63,010 bases of DNA, filler included, from Rozella allomycis CSF55 (GCA_000442015.1; 6 parts of 6 records of this genome joined end to end with filler, not necessarily neighbours in it); one strand, 5' to 3'; shown: positions 51,071 through 63,010, numbered from the whole stretch's first letter. The notes: generated by a model not told the origin, from the letters alone. Numbers and translations: made by a program.

Positions 51071-54000
51071 ATGTCTATCTCTGGTCTCTCTCCAAAGTAA
51101 ACTATAGCTTGAATAACCACAGATTCTCTTTCGGAATTAACGGAAAAATTAAGAACAACATAACTTTTCTTGACGAGCAGAATGTGATATACCCATCCGG
51201 CAGCAATGTGATAATCTACCATATCGAGCAAAAGACGCAAAAAATCTTGAATATCGGTGAGCACTGTATTGAAATAACGGCTATTTCATTGTCCGACAAC
51301 AAGCGCTTTCTAGCAGTCGCAGAGCTATCCCCACACAACTATTCAGCGATCAGTATCCTGGACATGGCGACGATGCGCAAACGGCGTGTTCTAACAGTGC
51401 CAGATTTCAGCAAGGTATGGTGTTGACAGTGAATAAATAGGCGTTTACGAATATTGTATTCTCGCATGACAACAAGTGCCTGTTAGCAAGCAGCGGGGAA
51501 CCCGACTGGTCGTTATTCTACTGGAGCTGGGAAAAGGGCAAGCTTCTCGGCCAGCAAAAGCTGTCCATGCCGGCGAGTGCGACAATCGAGCATATCAGTT
51601 TCCATCCGCAGGACACGACGCATATATGTGTAACAGGCAACTGCATGTTCAAAATGTTCCGGCACACGGAGGGCGGATTCAAGTCTACCAATCTGCATAA
51701 ATTCGACACAAAGGTAATCAATGATCACCCATTAAACAGTGCTATACCAGTCATATGTGGGTTTCCAATGAAACAGTTTTGTTGGGCACTCGCGACGGCC
51801 GATTCTACTTGTCCGAGGGCGGCGAGCTCCGCGAAGATTTCATCGTGAACCACGAAAAGCCTGATGAATTTCCTTTGACTATTCTGCAGCCGTTTGAGAA
51901 TGGATTCATGACCGGCAATACGAACGGTTGTATCAGTATCTACGAGCGGGTGGAAGATAAGATGGTGTATCGCAAAGCGCGCGATGTGATGACGAATGAC
52001 CAGCAAATCGGGATCAACAGTGTAGCACTGAGTCCCGGCCACGACATTATATCGGTGTCATTGGAGAATAACCAGCTGTTTGGGTTTTCGCTGGTGAATA
52101 CAGAGATTTCCAAGGACCAATCTTCGATGCCCCTGTTTAGTTATCCATTTCACCAGGGCTCTATAGTGGGACTGGACACGTGTATCAAGAAGCCGCTGCT
52201 AGTGACATGTGGAGCTGATCAGTCCGTGCGCCTGTGGAACTATGAAGAGAACACTTGTGATCTGGTCAAGTATTTTAATGAGGATATCTACTCTGTAGCG
52301 CTACATCCTTCTGGGTTCTACGTGCTCCTTGGGTTTAGTGACAAGTTGAAGATGATGAGTATAATGAGCGATGAGTTGCGGGTGATGAAGGAGTTTCCGG
52401 TGAGAGCGTGTAAAGAGGTAATAATAATTAATTGGGTGTGAGAGGTGAGGTTCTGTAGTGGTGGCCAGTATTTTGCGGCAGCCAATGGAAATACGATACA
52501 TGTGTATTCGACGTGGACGTATGAGAATGTGAATATCTTGAAGGGACATATCGGCAAGGTGAAAGCGCTTTGCTGGTGCATGAATGACCAGGTGCTGATA
52601 TCTGGCGGTCAGGATGGTGCTGTATATGAGTGGAATGTGGTAAGTGGCAAGAGGCAGAATGAGAATGTGTTGAAATCGTGTAGTTATTATAGTCTGGCAA
52701 GAGATTCTAATTTGAACTGTACGTATGCCGTTGGCTCTGATTGTGTGATGCGGGTCATAGAGGGGACGCAGATAGTGAAGGAATATGAGATGGCGGGGAT
52801 TGTAACGCAGCTGGTGTTGAGTGATCTTGGGAATGTGATGGTCGGCGGGACTAGTGAGGGAAGTATACGAATGTACAAGTATCCGATGGAGGGCAAGATG
52901 GAGTATCAGGAGCATTTTGTGCATTCGAGTGGGATTAATAAGATAAGGATATCGTTTGATAATGAGTATCTGTTTACTGTGAGTGAGGATGGAACGCTGT
53001 ATGTGTGCAAGTTGAGTGATCGGGAGGGGAGGGGAAAGAAGAAGTATTTAGGGGAGATGATACATTCTAGTCAGGTAATGATTATTATGATTTTTGAGTA
53101 GATATTGATTACGAGGGGAGATATAGAGGAGAAGAGTGGAATGATTAATGATCTGAAGAACAGAGTGGAAGAGTTGAAGATGGAGAATGAATATCAGATG
53201 AGATTGAAGGAATTGACGTTTAAAGAAAAGATGAGGGATACAACAGAAAAGTACCAAAGAGAGATAGATGCGTTGCAGTTGAATTTGAATGTTTTGAAGA
53301 CGGAAAAGGAGCAAAAGGAGATTAACCATAGAGAGAGAATAGTGGAAATAGAGGAGAGATTTTCGAATGAACTAAAGCAGATCGAGACGCAAAATAATGA
53401 GAAACTGCTGGTAGAGTATGAAAAGTATGCAAGACTGGAGGAGCGGATGAATGAATCGCAGAATACATTGGAGAATGAAATCAGGAGAATTAATGTGGAG
53501 AAGCAGGAAGAGATTAAGGAAATTTCAGAAACATTTTCTCAGAGGATTCAGAAAAAGGATAATGAGATTGAGCAGCTGCATGAAGAGATGAAGAAGCAGA
53601 TTAAAGAGTTTGAGATTGTGATTAAGGAGACAGAGGAGGATGCAGATACGGAGATTGTTAATATGCAGTTGAACTTTGAGAATAGGATAAAGGAGCAAGA
53701 GCAGGTTGTGATGAAGATTAAAGGAGAGAATAGTTTGTTGAAAAAGAAGCATAATGGATTGTTGAAGGAGATTAGCGATAACAAGAGTGAGATGATGAAG
53801 ATGAATGAAAATGAAAAGAGATTGCATGGAGTGATAAAGCAATTAGAGAAAGATATTCAAAATATTAAGAAAGAGGTAAAAGATGAGATGAAGGCTAATG
53901 TAGTTGAAGGAACGAGATGATTCAATAGTGGACAAGGAAAAGAGAATCTATGATTTGAAGCGAAAGAACCAAGAATTGGAGAAATTTAAATTTGTGTTGG

Positions 54001-54632
54001 ATAATAAGATATTAGAAATGAAGAAACAAATAGAGCCAAGAGAGCAAGGGATTATCCAACTGGGAAAACAAATTTCAGAAATGGATAATGAAATTCAGAT
54101 TTACTATTCTGAAAATTCAGCAATTGAAAGAGAGTTGAATGATTTGAAGAATAAAATAAAAACGAATGAAAAGGAATTGAAAACAGTAAAACTTGAAAAG
54201 AAACAATTTAAAATATTCTCACAAAGATTAACAAATTCGTTACATTATATTGTGAATTCATTTCATGATCCCAAAGAATTGAAACGGGAAATTGTTTCCT
54301 TGTATCAAAAGTATTGCAAAGAAAAAGATCAAGAAGAAATAATCAAAGAGAGTAGAGAATCGAGAGAATATGTGAAAGATGATTCAAATGCTAGAGATTC
54401 ACCTACTTCTTCTACTTCAAATGCAACAGAAGAATTGAATAGACAAAGAATTCACATGGAAAAAACTATTAGAGATTTAAGAAAGAGAATTGAAAATAGC
54501 GATCAAGAAAAACGTTTATCAAACATTAAATTAATGATGGAAAATTCTCTTCTGTTAAAAGAATTATCCCTAATGAGAAGAGAAAAAAGTAAAAGAAAAT
54601 TAACAGAAAAATTGCCACCAATCATTCAATAA
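51071..54632 (+). CDS. CFAP57: Cilia- and flagella-associated protein 57 (WDR65/FAP57)
   Basis: MSISGLSPK|FSFGINGKIKNNITFLDEQNVIYPSG, WD40 repeats (GLDTCIKKPLLVTCGADQSVRLWNY, SVALHPSGFYVLLGFSDKL), coiled coil with EEDADTEI and KEKRIYDLKRKNQELEKFKFVLD. Confidence 0.93.
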
Positions 54633-54997
54633 AGATAAAGATTTAAAGTTATTGAAGATAGTATATTTGGTTATATAAATCTATAAACTTTCATGCCCTC
54701 TTACTACTTTCACTTACTCTACACTTCAGCGCTAAATATCCATCTTTGATTACCACAATTATTATCAAGTTATCAACCGACAAGGCCGGGGTGAATCTTC
54801 TAGGAGGTTATGGCTTGACTTCACCGGGAGAGAGATCTTGTTCATTTTTGCATTGGTAATAGAAACTACCAAAAGATACACGATAATTATAGTTAAACGC
54901 GGCACATATACTATGTCAAAATTTCAATAACCACACTAGAGTAAAGTGTGCAAGAAGGTATATGCCAACCTTAAATAGCCACCAAAAAATAATCAGC

Positions 54998-55079
54998 ATG
55001 GAACACATCCCATATGAGATTTGGCATATAGTTTTGTCGCATCTTAATCTCAACGACGTGAAACAAGTTTCAAGAACTT
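54998..55079 (+). CDS. F-box protein 5' fragment (copy 5 of the F-box/ankyrin family)
   Basis: MEHIPYEIWHIVLSHLNLNDVKQVSRT, with a leader (agccaccaaaaaataatcagcATG) almost identical to that of copy 2. Cut by a gap. Confidence 0.75.
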
Positions 55080-55180
55080 NNNNNNNNNNNNNNNNNNNNN
55101 NNNNNNNNNNNNNNNNNNNNNNNTTAATTAATTAANNNNNNNNNNNNNNNNNNNNNNNNNNNNNNNNNNNNNNNNNNNNC

Positions 55181-57605
55181 GAGTCTGGAGATATTCTGAG
55201 AAAGAAGATCAATTATTCAAACAGCGGCAGTATTAGTTATAAAGATTTAAATATTGCGAAAGAAGATCGCAGTAAAGTTTCAAAACCATTTTTGTTGAAT
55301 AGCAATAGCAACCCAACTTCGATGGATAGGCGTGAGGAATTTTCAATTACTTTTAATTCGTCTATTCAAAGCGACACAAACACGGAAAATAAAGTTACTC
55401 TCAAAGAAATCATACAAGAAGCTAGAAAAAGTGACAATGTTGATTTAAAATCAGTGATTCTCGACTACGTCCATCAAAGATGGGAACTAAAAATCAAATC
55501 TGACCCTAAATGGGGTCCAAGAATGGCTAGCTTTCAAGGTTTGCATTATTTTTTGTTTTCACTAATTTGCCTTATCAATTATTTATTTTTAAATCACATG
55601 TCGTTTGCTAAATTGGTGTTAATTTGGATATTGTATTACAACTGCTATCAATTTTCACGGCCATTTTATGTAAAATATTGTTCTTCAATATTCCCTATGT
55701 ATTTATCGCTCATACCATTTTTGTTAACGGCGGTTTTTAATACCAACAACATTGAAATGGTTTGTATTCTTTGGTATACCATGCAATTAGTCATTCACAT
55801 CCAGTTGTTATCAAAGAAAATATTTCTTCATTTGTTTTTATTTATTGTTTTGTTAGTTTTGTTAGCGGTATCCTCTGTAAGCAAGAATGTGAATATTCTG
55901 CATTGTAGCGACCTCTTAAATTACGATAGCTTAGAAAAGACTGCATTCACAACCATTCAATTGATGCTTTGTCTTAGAATCTCTACAAATCAATACAGCA
56001 ATGAAAATATGTACCTTTTCATTATTTCTTCTTTTACCCTACTCCCTATTACTTACTTTCTGGTGTATGGCTTTAGAGATAGAGCCTTCAGGCTTTTACT
56101 TCAATCGGATGAAATTAAAAACTTAGTTCAAGCTAATGATGGTTTATCAAAAGAGCTTAAAGATCTCATTCTATTGGAAAAAGATGCCTTGAGAGAAGAA
56201 GAAGAAAAAGTAAAGAAAATCGACTTTAATTCTCCACTATCAAAGTCAATATTGAAATTGCAAGAAATACGCTCTAGAAACCATGATAGTGAAATTGCAT
56301 ACCAAATAACGGAAATCATTAAAATTTTAGCGAGCAATGATTTATTCAAAGTTGATTTAGAAGACAAAGCGGTTGATGATCAAGTTCATGGATGGCTAAA
56401 AACGATGTTAAATTTCGAATCCAGTAAACAGGAAAACTTGAAAAGAAATACACCCAGCCCAAAATTTGGGATTTTGATTGATAATTCATCTAATGTATTC
56501 AAGGATAATGATGCCACAAATTACATCCGAAATAACACTGATTCAATAGATTTCGACACCATCAAGCTTACCTTAATTTCTTCTGGTCATCCAGTGGTTT
56601 ATATTGGCTTTCAGCTGTTTCAAAAATACAATTTAATATCAACGCTAAAAATAGAAACTGATTTATTGAAAGATTTTTTCTTGGAAGTGGAAAGTCAGTA
56701 CGATCCCACTGTTCCTTACCATAACTGCGCTCATGCTGCTGATGTATGCCAATTCATGAACCTTCTCATTCAAAATTCTGATATTGATTTTCCGTATGAA
56801 GACATTACATCAATGCTTATCGCGGCATTGTGGCATGACATGAAGCACCCTGGCTTTAATAATAATTTTCTTATTCAAACCTCCCATGACTTGGCTATTC
56901 AATACAATGATATTTCCGTTCTGGAAAATATGCACTCTTTCCTCGGATTTTCTATTCTACAAAATCAAAAATATAACATCTTAAAGAATTTATCAAAGGA
57001 AACAAATAAATCGATAAGAGATCAAATTATTTCCATGGTATTGGCTACAGATATGAGTTTCCACTTCGAGTTAATCGGAAAATTCAAGAATAAGATTGCG
57101 TCAGAAACATCTTTTGACATTGGTAAATTGTCTGATAAGAAGTTACTGATGGAAATGATGATGAAAGCCGCAGATATTAGCAATGCTTCAAGACCCTTTG
57201 AGGTAGCCATGGGATGGACATTCCAAATAATGGAAGAATTTTTCCGTCAAGGCGAAGAAGAAAATGCAAGAAATTTGCCAATATCAACTTTCATGAATAG
57301 AAACGGGACAGATATCTCAAAAAGCCAAGTGGTATACATATAACTAATTCTCGAGTTAGAGCTTTATTGATTTTGTTGTAACTCCAATGTTTGACGCTAT
57401 CTCACCAATTTATAGCAATTCTTTAAAACCAGCTTATGAAAATCTTAAACGAAACAGAACACTTTGGAGTGAGGCCAGAAACTTACCCCCAAACAATCTT
57501 CTTCCATTATCACTGACAAAGTACACTTTTGACTCCAAATTTAGGAAAAAATCTTACGTAGTTACTAAAGCAGAACGTGACGTTGTCACAGATGAAGATC
57601 AATAA
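55181..57605 (+). CDS. Class I cyclic-nucleotide phosphodiesterase with N-terminal multi-TM region (5' truncated)
   Basis: PYHNCAHAADV, HDMKHPGFNNNFL, SVLENMH, LATDMSFH, MKAADISN, EEFFRQG, SQV|SFIDFVV. About six hydrophobic helices upstream. The frame is open back to the gap. Confidence 0.92.
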
Positions 57606-60139
57606 ATTGTTGCCACCAATTCTTTTACCTTTTTTGAAATAACATGAGTATAGTACATGACCATTGAAGGTCTATAGATTATTTTTATTTTTAAAGGAAA
57701 NNNNNNNNNNNNNNNNNNNNNNNNNNNNNNNNNNNNNNNNNNNNTTAATTAATTAANNNNNNNNNNNNNNNNNNNNNNNNNNNNNNNNNNNNNNNNNNNN
57801 AAATAGGGTTCAAAAATAACTATCTTAAATATAAAAAAATACCTAGAAAATTTCCGACATCGGGTGAACCTGGTGATATGTATATCATATTTTTGAATAG
57901 CAATTTTTAGTGTGAGTCTCTGAAGTGGTACGGGGAAATGTATTTTTTGGTGGGGCGGGGAAATGTCTTTAGTGGTGCGGGGAATGATGATCTCCTATGA
58001 CGAGAAATGTTTTGCACGGCGCTCTATCGAAAGGAATTATTACAGTTTAGAGTTGGGCCAATTGATTATTGCTGAACCATTATTTTACAAAGTGAAAGCT
58101 CTCGAGAAATGCTTCAATTTTTCAATCGCTCTAAATTAATTCATTTATTTAACATTTTTAGTTTCCGCTTTGTAGACTCGGAAATAGTTTAAAACGCTAA
58201 TGTCTTTAGTGGTGCGGGGAATGATGATCTCCTATGACCTGAACGAACTGATCAATGGAGGAAATGAAAAGCTCGTTTTACTTTTAAAAACTTTGCTAGA
58301 GGCGTATTACTTCGGCAAATCTTCAATTACTAAGATCATCGACGCTCTATCGAAAGGAATTATTACAGTTTCGAGTTGGGCCAATTCGTTAGTGACTATG
58401 ATTATTGCTGAACCATTATTTTACAAAGTGAAAGCTCTCGAGAGATGTTTCCAAAAAAAGGCGTCTACGACTTTTGGACCCATTCTTTACAGGTTTTAGA
58501 ATCGATATCTACCACTAGTGGGGATGAATTGTTTGATTATGTGCTTCCCTTTCGCATTCGATCGCAAAAATATAAATGAAATTCCGCTAAAGACTTTTGT
58601 GTTTCCAATTCAAGAGAAAGAATTTGTATTAAATAGGTGATCTTGCAGTTGTCGGACTCGAGATTCCCAAAAACAATGATGGTGCATATTGTTTTATGTT
58701 TTGTAATCACATGAATGGAACATTGTACAAACTCAGAACAAGCTCTATCAGGAACCGTTGGATAAACAACGACAGAAAATGCAATCAGGTCCCTCATGAA
58801 GTCTAGCATTGTTGCAGCATGGCCCTCTTTGTGTGAAAATATTTGTAGCCGCATGTTACTTGAAAATAGAGAGTCATATAAATGACGACATTTAAAGAAA
58901 AACGCTCGAAAAGAGGCCCATTACTTGTTTACTGTTCTTGAGAATTGCAATATATTTAGTGCAGAGGAGTTTATTCAAATTAACTTTTACATCTACTACA
59001 AAGAGACGGGAGATACAACACCGAAGTCCCCCTTTTTGAGTCCAGACTTCAAGGCTTTGAAAATTTCACCCTCTTTTGAAATGGACAGGCGTAAAGCTGA
59101 AGATGAAGATCCTAGTGAAGATTTAACTATCGAGTCATTATAAACACCCAAAAGTCGCGTTCTTCATTAAATTTACCAATATCACGACGCAAGAACGATT
59201 CTGCAAACCGAACTCGACCGGAAAATCAGTTCACTGTTAATTCGATTATGGGTTCTCCTCCTCTATCTTCTGTCTTACTTACTGAACAAACAGTTTTGAT
59301 AGATAACTCCTTTTCATAGCAGATTCAGATATTCAACATTTTGAAAACGTTATATCAAAGCCATACACTTTTTCTAAAAACATAGACATGGATGTCAACG
59401 AGATACTTCAATTTTTACACAACCATAGTCGTTAAGCACGAACAATCCTTCTGGCGAAAAAGTTATCCGTTGGGTCAACGCTACGTGGCTTTCGTGCATT
59501 GATAGGATTAAATTTTCAACATCACAAAACTTTTGAAAAAGAAACAGTCATGACTTTAATGGAAGATATTGGCAATAAACTTGTGTGATACAATTCGTCA
59601 TTGTACACTGATTCATTAGTCATTACTCATTAAGATTCTAGAGCTGACAGTTTTCCGCTTGCAGAAAGTTTCGATTGAATATTCTGACACTATTAAAAAA
59701 ANNNNNNNNNNNNNNNNNNNNNNNNNNNNNNNNNNNNNNNNNNNNTTAATTAATTAANNNNNNNNNNNNNNNNNNNNNNNNNNNNNNNNNNNNNNNNNNN
59801 NCGACATCAGTTTTACTCTTTTATCTTACGATTTACTATCCAATGTATGAGGATTAAGATACTATAAGCGCATGGAGCGACAATTCCTACTTTAGGACCC
59901 GAGACATAAAAATGAATGACAACGTGAAAAAAAATGTTCATTTATTGTTTTTCTTACAGTTTCGATTTCCGGTCGCCTGTTTTCCTTCCAGATGAGGCCA
60001 TCACGGCGCAGATTGAGGGACTTGTTTTGGAAGAGAATTTTTCCAACATGTTATCGGCAAAAGATAAAGACAGATATCACAATACGGATAAAAATTTCAT
60101 GCACGCAAGGAAAGATATCACAATACGGATAAAGATTTC

Positions 60140-60324
60140 ATGCACGCTATCACCGACGGCATAATTAATGTCTCCCTGTCATTAAATGAGGTAAACAAAG
60201 GGGTGACATTTATTGATGATGGTAACACTACTGTATTTGTAATGACAGAGTTCAAAAAAGATGTCGACGCAGTGGCAGCAAATATGAGAAACTTGTTCGC
60301 TTCAAAACTTAGCGATGTTTCATC
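60140..60324 (+). pseudogene. Copy of the REase-kinase gene interrupted by a copia insertion
   Basis: 60223-60324 encodes NTTVFVMTEFKKDVDAVAANMRNLFASKLSDVSS, nearly identical to 60840-60940. Homology stops abruptly at 60324. Confidence 0.65.
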
Positions 60325-60838
60325 TAAAGTAATTTAAAAGAAAAACTAATAAATAAACTCTTTTAGAGCAGTGAAAACGTTTCTATTTTATTTCAAGGGT
60401 CGTATTTATACCCTGACCCTGGTTTCTCACTTCTTTCCTGAAATTTCCTTCTCACTCTTATTTTTAGGTTTTGCGCTGTGTTATACTCATAACATCGAAA
60501 TTCTTGCTATGTCTCTTGACTACCTCACTAAATAATAGACCGGACGTGAGAGCAGCCGGATTGCTAACTCTTCCACTTCCAACACTCTCCCTCAAGCTGG
60601 CTGATCTCTTCACGATTCCCATTGATGCGCTATGNATCTCTTCATGATTCCCATTGATGCGCTATGTCTCTCAAAAGCTTCTCTTGGCAACCCTTTCGTC
60701 AATGCATCCGCGGTCATGTCCCTAGTGTTCAAGTAATCTAAATAAATTCTTCCGTTTTCTATTTAATCTCTACGAAAGTGATATTTATTTTCTAGATTCT
60801 TAGTTGTCTCATTTGATTCGTATGTGTGCGCCAATCTT
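60325..60838 (-). mobile_element. Ty1/copia retrotransposon 3' remnant: degenerate RNase H end, PPT and 3' LTR (~60325-60584)
   Basis: Minus strand reads LAHTYESNETTKNLENKYHF...LDYLNTRDMTADALTKGLPREAFERHSASMGI (copia RNase H ADxLTK signature). Then comes TTGAGGGAGAG (PPT) directly followed by TGTTGG (LTR start); TATAAATA and AATAAA lie inside the LTR. Confidence 0.85.
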
Positions 60839-60839
60839 N

Positions 60840-62796
60840 AACACTACTGTATTTGTTATGACAGAGTTCAAAAAAGATGTCGACGCAGTAGCTGCAAATA
60901 TGAGAAACTTGTTCGCTTCTAAACTTAGAGATGTGTCATCATGGGTCACAAAAGATATGCTAGCCACCACAGTCGCACCGGACACAGGTCTTTTGTATGG
61001 ACATGAAACAACAAGTTCTCTAAATTCTCTTTCTGAATTATCAAGCATTACAGTTCCTAAGTTCAAAGTTGCCGGTGTTACAATCGCTAATACATTTTTC
61101 AAGCTTCAGGACAATATTTTCAGGATAATGTCAACACAGGCAGATATTTCAGAATCACTTCTCCGAAGTTCACTAACATGTCTTTTAGTAGATTCCTTTG
61201 GACCTGTTGCTAGACCTGATGAAGAGACCACAATGTTACTTCGCGAGTATGTATCCAATTATTCCTGGTGGACGAAACAGCATTCACAATACTGGGACAT
61301 TTCTGATCACCAAGTGACAATCGGAAAGTACAAACGTTGTGAACCAATAGCCATTTTTGAAGAGAAGTCTTTTGGGTTTAAGCAGTCTAATTCATGGACA
61401 TGTGATGTTCCAGTCAGTGCATACAATAGTAACTCGGCTGATCTTTTGAAAACTCTGCGATCAAGCAAGATGCTACTGCTTAGGAGAACAGATGTGAATG
61501 AAGGGAGAAGCCCAAGACAGTTCGCGATTGTCATGCAAGGGTTTCAGTTCAAAATTTTCATTTGCACTCGATTTCATAAAACTTCCGTAATTGCAACGGA
61601 AGTTTACAGTGGCGAGTTAATTGAAGGGAATTTCAGTGAGATCAAAGACAGCAAAGAATTACTTGGAAAAATTCTAGATTCTGACTTGCCAATAAAAGCA
61701 ATTCATGTGTTTTTAGCATTGAGACTATTGCTCGATGAAGAAGCATCAGTAGCTAGGTTTGACGAGAGTGATCAATCCAAACAGCCAATAGCTGGAGATC
61801 ATAAAGCAACCCCAATGAAACCTTCAAAAGGCAAAGAAAAGGTCCAAGAAAGACTCGAAGAAGCTGACACCCTTGAAAATGAAGCTGGTCCTTCTATGCC
61901 TCCTTCTCCAACCAATCGATACACAAACCCGAATATTCCATTCCTATTGGCACCAATCGGCATATCCGGGCTAACGAAGCCATATGATGATTTAAGAGAA
62001 CATTGTCAGGGTTATATTGATTTAAGGCCAGAACCCAATTGCGTAAAATATGAATTCAATTACATATTCACTGGTAATGATCGCAGTATAAATTTATGTA
62101 GCTGAGCGTGTGAGTGACGACAAAGTAGTCTTAATTAAAACAATAATTAACACTCGTTCAAATGAAGACGTACTAGCGACCCATGTGAAACTATCCAGTC
62201 TTCCTCATGCCACATTTCTACTGGATTTTATCAAGGGGAGTGAATATATGTTTCTATTGTTTAATTATTACTATCCATTGACAATCAACCCTGAGTGTCT
62301 GTATAAATGTGAATCTTTAACAATCAAAATGGTTCTGGAAATTGGTTTGGCTATATCTGAATTTCTTTTAGCTCTACACCGACTTGGGTTGTGTCACTGC
62401 GATATTAATCCCTCGAATATTTTAACAAAATCAATAATCAACGACCAACTATCAAAAGATGATGTCTTTATTTGCGATTACGGCGGTGTCAGGCCTTTTG
62501 GAACTGAAGTTTCGAATATATTCGGTGTTACAGGTTTCACTCATCCTCTTGTTGACAGTCTTGTATACAATACTTCCAACTCTAGGCAAATCGCCATCGA
62601 ACTCGAGCCGGCGATTGATCTTTACGGCTTTGGTGCTACTTTAAACTGGCTACTATCAAAAACCACAAGAGATTCTGTCCTTGAAGATCACACTATCGTT
62701 GCCGAGTTTGCAAGCAAATTAATGAATGATGAAATTGAAAATTCTGTAATTGCATTAAGAACCCTTGAAGAAATTAAATTTAACATAACTCAATAA
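60840..62796 (+). CDS. Putative PD-(D/E)xK REase-fold domain fused to a protein kinase (Crinkler-effector-like architecture); 5' end missing
   Basis: A 28-nt intron (62074-62101) joins the 433-aa and 228-aa ORFs (FT|AERVSDDKVVLIK). Kinase motifs VLIK, LHRLGLCHCDINPSNIL, ICDYG, GVTGFTHP, DLYGFG. Upstream ISDHQV...PIAIFEEK resembles the D...ExK nuclease motif. Confidence 0.7.
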
Positions 62797-63010
62797 ACTA
62801 ATTCGATTGCCAAAATATATTTATACAATGTTATACCATAGTACGTCTTGAGTTGATTCGCATCTTTATTTTATACTTGTCAATAAAAATAATTTGATAT
62901 CATTTTTGGTCAAAAATGAAAGGTCATTTCATCGAGGGAATCATTGTCATAAAAATTGCAAGAAAAAAAATAGCAGCGCCAAGTTTCGATCAAGGGACCT
63001 CTGAGTTATG

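Noticed and set aside
55520..56080. Rhodopsin-PDE fusion
   Set aside because: Only about six TM helices are visible, and there is no retinal-binding DxxxK lysine motif in the last helix.
57801..59700. Degenerate DNA transposon (MULE-like CxxH region near 58700-58870) and local duplication 57960-58110 / 58199-58447
   Set aside because: Resemblance is weak and appears on both strands, with no catalytic DDE or terminal inverted repeats identifiable. It cannot be supported without a profile search.
25503..59757. Recurrent palindromic TTAATTAATTAA as a biological element
   Set aside because: Always embedded in N runs; it is an all-frame-stop linker used to concatenate scaffolds. Gene adjacency across it is meaningless.

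Overview
AT-rich, gene-dense eukaryotic DNA with very short (about 24-31 nt) GT-AG introns, fungal-type housekeeping genes and a flagellar gene (CFAP57). This points to an early-diverging zoosporic fungus or fungal relative; Rozella/Cryptomycota-like is my inference, not a database result. The window is an artificial concatenation: five N...TTAATTAATTAA...N linkers join unrelated scaffolds, and single n bases mark contig joins that often carry duplicated flanks. Core genes are SKI3, RPB2, MCCC1, SYF2, PMP3, a Gap1-type RasGAP, an ING/PHD protein, GPR89, LYAR (5' end), PSMA5, BRAP, mitochondrial KAS (OXSM), ARP8, CFAP57 and a class I PDE carrying about 6 TM helices. Between them lies a candidate host-interaction repertoire: four membrane-anchored orphan proteins flanking RPB2, two secreted pseudokinase-like paralogs flanking ARP8, a ~1616-aa adhesin-like protein, a tandem F-box+ankyrin family, and a putative restriction-endonuclease-fold + kinase (Crinkler-like) gene with one copy broken by a Ty1/copia remnant. 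Genome-level signals include a 5-nt microexon in RPB2, a GCCAC motif just upstream of many start codons, and a strand-specific C-depletion zone in long genes that also affects their introns.
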